A stretch of 64,000 nucleotides of DNA, from positions 52,910-116,909 of the forward strand of contig CAZAXL010000001.1 in assembly GCA_964489145.1 (NCBI GenBank). The letters run 5' to 3'. Below are positions 56,890 to 64,000 of the stretch, one piece after another. The stretch's first letter is position 1; the number at the start of each line of letters is the position of its first letter. A model generated the notes under the pieces. It saw nothing but the letters and a program-made list of their open reading frames with translations, was not told the origin of the DNA and did no database searches. Source of the stretch: an uncultured Gammaproteobacteria bacterium (GTDB taxonomy: Bacteria; Patescibacteriota; Microgenomatia; UBA8517). A program made the translations under genes and the position numbers.

Positions 56890-58026
56890 TCATAATTTTG
56901 TTATTACCTCCAAGGTTTCTCTAGCTGTTTTCTCCCAGGAAAACTTTTTAGCTTGAGCTAAACCTGCTTCTTTCATACTATTATACTTCGCAATGGGTGC
57001 CAAAAGCACCTTGGTAATCCCCTCGGCAATACTATCTGTACTTTTGGGGTTAATCAGTATCCCGGCATCCCCAACCACCTCAGGCAAGCTTCCTATGTTT
57101 GAGGCAACTACAGGCACGCCGCTAGCCATGGCATTTAGGACATCGAGCCCAAATCCCTCCCAAAATGAAGGCAGGACAAATACTTTCGCACCCTTGATCA
57201 GTCCGGGCTTGTCTTCCTCAGGAACAAAATCCGTAAATATTACTTTATCTTCCATTCCTAGTTTTTTGACTTTTTCAAAAATAGATTCATACATCCAGCC
57301 CTTTTTTCCGGCAATTACCAGCTTTAAATTGGAAATTTTTAATTTATCATTAGTAATTACGGCCTTAAAGGCCGTTAGAAGGCTTTCGACATTCTTACTG
57401 GGCTTGAGAGTACCCAAATATAATACATAGTCCGTAACTATGGAGTACCTATCCCTTACACGTCGCACATCTTTTTCGGAAACACTCATATTGAACTTCA
57501 TACTGTCATATGCAAGAGGGGTAACGTAAATCTTATCTTTAGCTGAGGGGTAGTGTCGTACAATGTCGTTTTTTGTACTATTTGATATAGCAAAGACCGC
57601 TTTTGATACAAAAATGCTAATGGCACTCCATAACTTTAACTGCCAAAAGTCCTTTTTTCGAAATTGTCCCGAGAATTCGAGGTATCCAAGGTCCATAATT
57701 GAACAAAACCTGGGTATTGGGGCAATAGGAGGTGCGTAGTGGCTTGGGGAAAAGAAAACATCGCACCTGGGGTCCCCCGAAAACAGGCTCGGGGTAAGCT
57801 TGGTCAGTATCCATGCCCCCCCACCCTTAATCACTTTGTACCTGAAGAACTTCGTCTCCTTCGGTAAGTCCGCTCTAGACTCATTTTTAAGAAAAACTAT
57901 AAGTTTATGGTTATTTTTCCATTCGTCTTGTAGTTTCCAGAAATTCCACAGAAGCTCATAGGCATAAGTGTTCACTCCTACCCTTTTTTCAACATTAGCC
58001 TCGTTTCCGTCGATGCCAATAATCAT
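56890..58026 (-). CDS. Glycosyltransferase family 4 (GT-B)
   Basis: EGFGLDVLNAMASGVPVVASNIGSLPEVVGDAGILINP. Confidence 0.8.
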   Translation of the reverse strand: MIIGIDGNEANVEKRVGVNTYAYELLWNFWKLQDEWKNNHKLIVFLKNESRADLPKETKFFRYKVIKGGGAWILTKLTPSLFSGDPRCDVFFSPSHYAPPIAPIPRFCSIMDLGYLEFSGQFRKKDFWQLKLWSAISIFVSKAVFAISNSTKNDIVRHYPSAKDKIYVTPLAYDSMKFNMSVSEKDVRRVRDRYSIVTDYVLYLGTLKPSKNVESLLTAFKAVITNDKLKISNLKLVIAGKKGWMYESIFEKVKKLGMEDKVIFTDFVPEEDKPGLIKGAKVFVLPSFWEGFGLDVLNAMASGVPVVASNIGSLPEVVGDAGILINPKSTDSIAEGITKVLLAPIAKYNSMKEAGLAQAKKFSWEKTARETLEVITKL

Positions 58027-59081
58027 TTTTGTCCCTCCTTGTATACATCAAGTGTCATTTGTGCGGTCTTTTCCCAGGAAAAGTTTCTAACGCGCAGTTT
58101 CCCCTTATCAATAAGTCCTTTTCCTCCACGAACCACTTTTGCAATCCCTTCGGCAATTGAGTTCACAGAATTAGGATCGACCAGTTCCGCAGCGTTTCCA
58201 GCAACTTCAGGCATAGAACCTATATTTGAGGTAATTACCGGCACTTCGCAGGTAAATCCGTCCAGAATCGGAATTCCATAACCCTCATAAAGCGAGGCAA
58301 AAATTAAGCCCCTTGAACCACTGAGAAGCGCGGCCAAGTCACTTTGGGGAATGTGCCCGAGTATCCTGACGTTTCTCTCCGGCTCAATTTTAATGCCCGA
58401 TGGTCTTCCTGCAATTATCAGTTTCAGGTCTTTCCCAGGAGTGGCCAGGTGAAATGCTTTTATTATCTTCTTGGTATTTTTCAGGGGTGTAACTCCAATT
58501 GAAATAAAATAATCCTCCCTTATCTGATATTTCTTTTTTATCTCCAAAACTTTTTCTTCATCGACCTTCTTCATAGACGGAGCCTCGGGAATCACACGAA
58601 TTATATCCTCCCTAACCCCCAAGTCGACTAGGTCATTTTTTGTAGAAACTGAAGGAACGATTATCCTTTTGCTTTCTTTAATCACCCAGTAAAGTCTTCT
58701 CTTGTGAACCTCCAGTGTCTTGGAGTGTACCAGCCTGGGAAACTTCAAGGGATAAAGGTCGTGTACCGTTGTTACCTTAAAAGAACTGCTGGGGGGCTCC
58801 GACCAGTCGGAAGTGTGGAGAACATCTACTTCACCAATTAATTTTTCGATCGGAAAGGTGTGAAGCCTGTTCCAGATAAAGTCTGCTGCAATCGGCGGAA
58901 TAGGAAAAACTTTAGAGTTGGGAAACGCTTCCAAAATCTCCTGACGCCTCCTGAAAGCCCCAGCAAAGAGTACATATTCATTTTCCCGATCAAGTGTAAG
59001 CAAAGTCTCAATCAGCTTTCTGGTGTAGACAGAAACACCCGTTCCGTAAACAATTTGACTGATGTCGATTGCAATTTTCAA
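58023..59081 (-). CDS. Glycosyltransferase family 4 (GT-B), tandem paralogue of the preceding gene
   Basis: EGYGIPILDGFTCEVPVITSNIGSMPEVAGNAAELVDP. 4-nt overlap with the 56890-58026 gene. Confidence 0.8.
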   Translation of the reverse strand: MKIAIDISQIVYGTGVSVYTRKLIETLLTLDRENEYVLFAGAFRRRQEILEAFPNSKVFPIPPIAADFIWNRLHTFPIEKLIGEVDVLHTSDWSEPPSSSFKVTTVHDLYPLKFPRLVHSKTLEVHKRRLYWVIKESKRIIVPSVSTKNDLVDLGVREDIIRVIPEAPSMKKVDEEKVLEIKKKYQIREDYFISIGVTPLKNTKKIIKAFHLATPGKDLKLIIAGRPSGIKIEPERNVRILGHIPQSDLAALLSGSRGLIFASLYEGYGIPILDGFTCEVPVITSNIGSMPEVAGNAAELVDPNSVNSIAEGIAKVVRGGKGLIDKGKLRVRNFSWEKTAQMTLDVYKEGQK

Positions 59082-59085
59082 TTTA

Positions 59086-60429
59086 TTATTTTATATACTT
59101 CCAAAACTCAACGCCGTTCAGGTTCAGTTCCTGGACTTTATTATATCCTAAATTTTCGATTTTAATCCGCGCCATGTCCTTGGAATCAAATATCTGCCAG
59201 ACATACCTCGATAACCAAACCTCTGCAAGGTCTCTCCCTACGGAATCGAAATTCTCGAAGTAGATTATTTGTCCTCCTTTTTGGTAATAGGTAAGTGCTT
59301 CTTCTTGTGAATTTGAGGGATAAATTATAGCGTCTGCGCCAACAGCTTCCGCAACTGCCCTCCAATTTTCCCTTTGGAACTTTGGATTAAATAAATATAG
59401 AGAGGATGAGGCAATATTTATCAAAATGGCTGTGGATAAAAATATCCAAAACGTTTTACCTTTCAAACTTGTAATTCCTCCAGCCGCCAAAATGTAAAAA
59501 GCAGGAAGACAAAAAAGAAATCTGAAATAGTAAAGAATAGGAATCTTAATGCTTATCAAAATACCCAGGAGAATCGGTATGATGAGCCATGCCCAAACCA
59601 CCTTGTAGGGTCGGACCTTTAAAGGTCGTCGCACAACTAATAGGAAAGAATACAAAAGAACAGAAGCCAACGAAACCGCGCCATATAAAATTTTATTATT
59701 AAAGCTGATCCTTCCGAATATAAATTTAACAGGGATCAATGCGATATTTTTAAGCGAGATTGTACCTAGTAGGTTCCACCAGGCCGATCCCTGCACCGAA
59801 AACCCTCCCGAAAGTTGGCTCAAGAACGTTGGCAGCCAGGCTATCAATATAATAAAAAGCGGAATGTGGGCCAGAGCCAATTTTTTCCAGTCCTTATATC
59901 CTAGAAGCCAAAAAACCGGAATAATCAGAAGAGAAACATAATCGGTCATCGCCAGGATGGGTAGAAAAATAGAAAAAAGCACCCATTTCTTTTCCAGAAA
60001 TAGATAAAAAAGCAGGGTAGCCAAAAATGCGGCTAAAGAGTACATTCTGGCTTCTTGTGAGTAATAAATTAAAAGGCCGGACGTTGCCGCCAATATTGAG
60101 GCAATTCTTGCAGTTTTGTTATCAAATATTTTTTTGGCAATGAGATAAATAAAATAAATTGTCAGAATACCAAAAATAACAGAGGGGGTCCGGAGAGAAA
60201 TTTCAGACAACCCAAAGAGGCTACCCCACCCTTTCATTAAAAGATAATAAAGCGGGGGATGGAAATCTCCCGGTAGAAATTTGGTAAAAATATCCGCCAA
60301 AGGCATCTTAGCCGCAAGAGCAGTTGTTGCCTCATCAAGCCAAAGAGATTGATTAATGGATATCAGACGAAGTAGTAAACCTACAAACAAAGTCAGTGGC
60401 AGTCCGTTTTTTAGAAGAAATTTTTTCAC
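59086..60429 (-). CDS. GT-C fold membrane glycosyltransferase (PMT/ArnT-like) with DE motif in the first loop
   Basis: 447 aa polytopic. NQSLWLDEATTALAA (DE motif of PMT-like GT-C enzymes) after TM1. Confidence 0.65.
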   Translation of the reverse strand: MKKFLLKNGLPLTLFVGLLLRLISINQSLWLDEATTALAAKMPLADIFTKFLPGDFHPPLYYLLMKGWGSLFGLSEISLRTPSVIFGILTIYFIYLIAKKIFDNKTARIASILAATSGLLIYYSQEARMYSLAAFLATLLFYLFLEKKWVLFSIFLPILAMTDYVSLLIIPVFWLLGYKDWKKLALAHIPLFIILIAWLPTFLSQLSGGFSVQGSAWWNLLGTISLKNIALIPVKFIFGRISFNNKILYGAVSLASVLLYSFLLVVRRPLKVRPYKVVWAWLIIPILLGILISIKIPILYYFRFLFCLPAFYILAAGGITSLKGKTFWIFLSTAILINIASSSLYLFNPKFQRENWRAVAEAVGADAIIYPSNSQEEALTYYQKGGQIIYFENFDSVGRDLAEVWLSRYVWQIFDSKDMARIKIENLGYNKVQELNLNGVEFWKYIK

Positions 60430-61283
60430 TTTGATCCTCTTTTTGTGATTATGTATTCCAGAATACCCACAAAAATGCCAAAATCATAAACTAATTTAAA
60501 AATCATAAATTTTAAATTTAATGTTAAGAGAGATTTATAAATCCCCACAATCAGAGAAACGGGTAGTGATGCCCTAATTAAACCAGTAAAACTTCCAAAA
60601 ATTCCGAATTTGTATTTCCTCTTCCCTACCCACTTTGCATGGTTAAATATTTCACCCGGGCTTGATGGATTTTTATGGTAGAAGACGGCACCTGGTGCCA
60701 TAACCGCTTCATAGCCAAGCTTCCTACTCAGACTCCAATCGTCATCATATCCCCCTGGAGTAAACCCACCGACTTTATCAAATTCACTTTTCAGAATTGC
60801 CCTAAAAACAGGCTGGTGATCGGGGAAGTTTTTGGGGTGGCGACGTTTCTCCTCCCACCCCTCATTTATGTTCCAGCATCTTGACCAGGGATTGTCCCAG
60901 TTGGATACAATTTCTTCTTTACTGAAAGTTCCCCTTGCTCCGCGAAGCCTTGGCGAAGTGGAGTTTGTTACTATTGGCTCAATCAATTTTCCCAGAAACT
61001 CTTTGTCAAAAGTCATGTCTGCATCCACAAAAACCAGAATTTCCCCATTCGCGTGCCCTGCCCCCAAATTTCTTGCCGCACCGGCCCCCACGTGCTTCGC
61101 ACGCAATTTTCGAATTTCGAATTTCGAATTTCGAATTTCCGATAATAACTGCCAAGTGTTATCGGTTGAGCCGTCATCAACAACAATAATTTCAAAATCA
61201 GTCAAAGTTTGAAACCCCAAAGATTCTATACAATCGGATAATACTTTTTCTTCGTTGTATGTGGGAATTATTACTGAAATCAT
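60426..61283 (-). CDS. Glycosyltransferase family 2 (GT-A). Contains an in-frame heptanucleotide repeat tract.
   Basis: MISVIIPTYNEEK...EIIVVDDGSTDNT...GAGAARNLGAGHANGEILVFVDADM. Confidence 0.8.
   Translation of the reverse strand: MISVIIPTYNEEKVLSDCIESLGFQTLTDFEIIVVDDGSTDNTWQLLSEIRNSKFEIRKLRAKHVGAGAARNLGAGHANGEILVFVDADMTFDKEFLGKLIEPIVTNSTSPRLRGARGTFSKEEIVSNWDNPWSRCWNINEGWEEKRRHPKNFPDHQPVFRAILKSEFDKVGGFTPGGYDDDWSLSRKLGYEAVMAPGAVFYHKNPSSPGEIFNHAKWVGKRKYKFGIFGSFTGLIRASLPVSLIVGIYKSLLTLNLKFMIFKLVYDFGIFVGILEYIITKRGSK
61108..61139. repeat. Tandem heptanucleotide repeat (TTCGAAT)x~4.5 (also readable as TTTCGAA or CGAATTT) inside the GT2 coding sequence; encodes SEIRNSKFEIRKL
   Basis: Plus strand 61104-61140: caattt TCGAATT TCGAATT TCGAATT TCGAATT tcc. 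The unit length of 7 is not a multiple of 3. Confidence 0.8.
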
Positions 61284-62221
61284 TTTTTTAGTTCATTAAA
61301 CAAGTCTTCATACTTTTTGGCGATTTCGTCCCAGGAAAACTTTTTTGCCTGTTCTCTTGGTTTGCCTTCCCAATTTTGATTCAGTGCTTTCTCGATCGCC
61401 TTGGCATAGGCCTTTGTGTCCATCGGGTCCACGAGAATCCCTGCCTCCCCAACAATCCCGCTCCTGACAGGATCATTTGTTGCCACAACCGGCAAATTGG
61501 TGGCCATCGCTTCAACTAAAACATTTCCGAAAGACTCAGACGGCCTTGAGGGAAGTGTAAACACATCTGCGGCTCTATAGACCTCCGGCATTTTTTCAAA
61601 AGGAACCGATAAAAGTTCAAATCTGTCCTTACCTAAAATCTTTTCTCCATATCTTTCCAGCTCTCTCCTAAGCTCGCCTCCCCCGCCAACCATTAAAAGG
61701 CTTACCCCGGGAAGTTTGGCGACAGCTTTAATCGACAAATCCATTCTTTTTTGAGGAGTAAAAGCACCTCCACAAAGAACCATAGGGTTTTTAATCCTTG
61801 TTTTATACGCTCTCCCTTTTGGATTAAATTTAGTTAGGTCCACTCCGTTTGGAATATACAAAGATTTAACGCGGGGGTTGACCTCCTTTGCCCAAGCTAG
61901 AGCTTTCTTGGAAAGCGCGACAAAAGCATTGGGGCATGAATACAAATTCACTTTATCATCCCAACCCATTCCGGACTGTCCCGAAACTACCATTTTGGCT
62001 CCGGTCAGTAGGGAAATAATCCTAACCAGGACAACCTGGAATCTTCCGTTTGTCGGAATAATTACATCGTATTTGCCTTTCAGAAGGTTCAAATAGTTAA
62101 TATCTGCGATAACATCAACCTTGTAGTGCTCGGACAGGCGATTCGAAAGCTCAAAGACAAAAGTCTCCGCACCTCTGGCAACCCTATTCTGGTATTTATT
62201 CAAAATCGCTATTTTCATCAC
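61280..62221 (-). CDS. Glycosyltransferase family 4 (GT-B)
   Basis: ESFGNVLVEAMATNLPVVATNDPVRSGIVGEAGILVDP. ATGA overlap with the GT2 gene. Confidence 0.8.
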   Translation of the reverse strand: MMKIAILNKYQNRVARGAETFVFELSNRLSEHYKVDVIADINYLNLLKGKYDVIIPTNGRFQVVLVRIISLLTGAKMVVSGQSGMGWDDKVNLYSCPNAFVALSKKALAWAKEVNPRVKSLYIPNGVDLTKFNPKGRAYKTRIKNPMVLCGGAFTPQKRMDLSIKAVAKLPGVSLLMVGGGGELRRELERYGEKILGKDRFELLSVPFEKMPEVYRAADVFTLPSRPSESFGNVLVEAMATNLPVVATNDPVRSGIVGEAGILVDPMDTKAYAKAIEKALNQNWEGKPREQAKKFSWDEIAKKYEDLFNELKK

Positions 62222-62499
62222 GTTAGAGAAAGAAAACGTTTTAACCTATTTTTTAAATATCTTCTTCCCATACCCGATTTTAAATACTTTTCTCTAGCAA
62301 ATCCATCAAGCTTGTTAAGACAAGCTTCATAATATATCAACTCAAATGGACCTCTACCTTTTGTGTAAGTGGATTTGTCATTTTGATGCTCAATAAAACG
62401 TTTTCGTAGATTATTTGTACAACCAATGTACCATTTACTAGACTTTAGACTTCTCAAAACGTAAACGTATTGGTATTTGAGTTCTCTAACGTGATACAT
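62218..62499 (-). CDS. Small stand-alone GIY-YIG nuclease-domain protein (UPF0213/YhbQ-like)
   Basis: 93 aa: YQYVYVLRSLKSSKWYIGCTNNLRKRFIEHQN (GIY...YIG-type with conserved R and E) ... N at the end of the core. Overlaps both flanking genes (4 nt and 14 nt). Confidence 0.75.
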   Translation of the reverse strand: MYHVRELKYQYVYVLRSLKSSKWYIGCTNNLRKRFIEHQNDKSTYTKGRGPFELIYYEACLNKLDGFAREKYLKSGMGRRYLKNRLKRFLSLT

Positions 62500-63850
62500 A
62501 CTGTTTTTTGATCAAAATCTCGACCCCGTCAACCTTACCACTTAGTTTATAATTTTCCGTGACAAAATTGTAAACCTTTTGGGGAATATATGATGAAAGA
62601 CCGGACATTGTATAGGAATTGTAAATTATCATTTTCGGCGGATTTGCTTTCAGATCCTCCACTATTTTTTCCTGTACCCCGGGAATCTCCATGTACCAGG
62701 AAAGCTGCGGAACCCAGGGGTCGGTAGCCGGCAACGTATCTGTTAGCGCATATATGTTGTCCCACCAGTTCAGAACAAATATTCTATCCCCTGGCTTTGT
62801 GTTGTAGTTTACAAATGTCACAACATTGGCAACATTGGCTTCGTAAAATCTGGTACCTTCCTTAAAATTTCTCATGAAAAAGCCCGCGAAAAGAATTATT
62901 GAAACGGTAATGTAAACCGGAACAAATGGTTTGAATAACTTTTTTTCCTTTTTGACTTTTTCAAACACCAATCCTGTTGCAATTGCCAAAAAGGGAACTA
63001 CCGGCTGAAAATGGAAAAATTCAAACCTGGGAAACGCCCCGAGACCTCCGGCAATTGCCCAAAGTAATATATCAAGATTTTTGCGGCCGGATTTTAGAAC
63101 AAGTGGAATAAAAACCAGAAACGGGAATATTGCCACAGCCAGATTCTTGAAATCCGGGAGCTGAATTTGCCCCTGGGCTTTGGGAAGAATGAAAATTCCA
63201 AATTTTACAGCCCAGTTCCAGAAGTCCGACAAGATTCCAAATGCGGCAAGAATTACTATAAAGGGAACTATAATGGCAAGCGTTCCCGGAATAAAACTTC
63301 GGATATTCTTTTTAACCTTTAACCATTTACCATTAACCATTTCTAATCCTATGGGGATTAGAAACCAAACTGCAGTTTGCTTGGAGATAAAAGCCAATGC
63401 CCAGAAAACTCCCGTCCAAAGCCATTTTTTCTGCCTTGCAAAGTAGAAAGAACAAAAGGCCATTAGACCCATATAAAGATCGAACCAGAGTCCGTTGCCG
63501 TCGTAGAAAAGGTTCCAGAAGGCAAATACCCCAAGTGTAATAAATGCGGCTTTTATATTCCAAAGTTTTCTGACAAGGGTAAAGACGAGGCAGTCAAAAA
63601 TCAGAATCAGGAGCCAAGTAAATATTTTCAGTTGAAGTATTCCTGAACCAAAAATTTTATAGAAGATGCCCAGGTCAATCAGCATGAGAGGTGTGTGTGC
63701 TATAGCAATATCTTTATAGGGCAGCCATCCTTTTGCAATAAGGTATGGCCAAAGGCTCATTTCCGGCCAGGCAGTAAACTTTAAAACCATAAGAAGAAGC
63801 AAATGTATTAACAAAATTCCTACTAGTAAAAAATAGTCTCTTCTTTTCAT
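62486..63850 (-). CDS. Polytopic membrane protein with a C-terminal ~140-aa extracytoplasmic domain; GT-C-like glycosyltransferase candidate
   Basis: 454 aa, about 11 TM. Topology and size resemble GT-C enzymes; no DE motif was identified with confidence. Confidence 0.45.
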   Translation of the reverse strand: MKRRDYFLLVGILLIHLLLLMVLKFTAWPEMSLWPYLIAKGWLPYKDIAIAHTPLMLIDLGIFYKIFGSGILQLKIFTWLLILIFDCLVFTLVRKLWNIKAAFITLGVFAFWNLFYDGNGLWFDLYMGLMAFCSFYFARQKKWLWTGVFWALAFISKQTAVWFLIPIGLEMVNGKWLKVKKNIRSFIPGTLAIIVPFIVILAAFGILSDFWNWAVKFGIFILPKAQGQIQLPDFKNLAVAIFPFLVFIPLVLKSGRKNLDILLWAIAGGLGAFPRFEFFHFQPVVPFLAIATGLVFEKVKKEKKLFKPFVPVYITVSIILFAGFFMRNFKEGTRFYEANVANVVTFVNYNTKPGDRIFVLNWWDNIYALTDTLPATDPWVPQLSWYMEIPGVQEKIVEDLKANPPKMIIYNSYTMSGLSSYIPQKVYNFVTENYKLSGKVDGVEILIKKQYVSR

Positions 63851-64000
63851 AATTTTAAATTTTTAATTAGTAATTTGTATTTAGTATCCGGCTCTACCCC
63901 ACCAAATTACCCTTTTCATTTTCCGAAGAGGTGTTTCAAAAAAAGCTCTAAATTTAAAAGATGCTGACATTGTACTCCACGGACTTGGAATAAAATTGGG

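Noticed and set aside
61108-61139. Possible CRISPR-like, tRNA-like (TTCGAAT T-loop) or IS terminal repeat explanation for the heptamer tract
   Set aside because: The unit is 7 nt with no spacers, which is far too short for CRISPR. The surrounding sequence encodes a well-conserved GT2 domain in frame, so a tRNA gene or IS end is not supported.
63851-64000. tRNA-like fragment GGTGGGGTAGAGCCGGATAC (minus strand) in the noncoding region after the last gene
   Set aside because: It resembles an acceptor/D-arm start, but the downstream sequence is AT-rich with no anticodon arm or GTTCGANTC T-loop. It is more likely promoter or leader of the glycan operon, or part of a gene beyond the window.
1-64000. 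Mobile elements, integrases, transposases, CRISPR arrays, rRNA or tRNA genes
   Set aside because: No DDE or serine/tyrosine recombinase motifs were recognised in any ORF, and no spaced direct-repeat array was seen. Intergenic regions are all under 160 nt and lack tRNA or rRNA features.

Overview
The window is densely coding (about 70 genes, roughly 42% GC) and almost entirely on the minus strand. It appears to come from a small-genome bacterium; the alpha2-type GlyRS, type-2 IleS and compact overlapping operons suggest a CPR/Patescibacteria-like lineage, but this is inference. There are three blocks. (1) 1-8.3 kb holds housekeeping genes: a guaB 3' end, lepB, an orphan parB, rpmA-rplU, a SEDS protein, ileS and dus, then a small accessory island with a mini GHKL ATPase and a NUDIX hydrolase. 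(2) 8.9-34.9 kb is an unusually large dcw (division/cell-wall) super-operon that encodes essentially the whole cytoplasmic peptidoglycan pathway on one strand: mraZ-rsmH-ftsL-ftsI-murA-yvcK-glmS-[murE fused to the GlmU uridyltransferase domain]-murC-murB-murD-[DegT-like]-murI-ddl-murF-mraY-ftsW-murG-ftsQ-ftsA-ftsZ, followed by a YkgJ-like Cys protein. A divergently transcribed HAD-GNAT fusion gene sits inside this block, and a Pmra promoter with three 10-bp-phased AATGGT repeats looks like a MraZ operator. (3) 35-43.8 kb carries glyQS, TspO, an LCP ligase, a Cas4-like Fe-S PD-(D/E)XK nuclease, a cupin, a DEDD-like exonuclease, ZnuCB-type ABC components and a RecO-like protein. From 43.9 kb to the window end (and beyond) runs a roughly 20-kb surface-glycan locus: a DUF4012-like protein, an initiating sugar transferase, manC, six GT4, three GT2, three GT-C (PMT/ArnT-like) enzymes, a Wzy_C ligase-like protein and an LbH acetyltransferase, with a nested GIY-YIG nuclease. 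One GT2 gene contains a (TTCGAAT)~4.5 heptanucleotide tract that is a plausible slipped-strand phase-variation switch. No rRNA, tRNA, CRISPR array, transposase or integrase was recognised.
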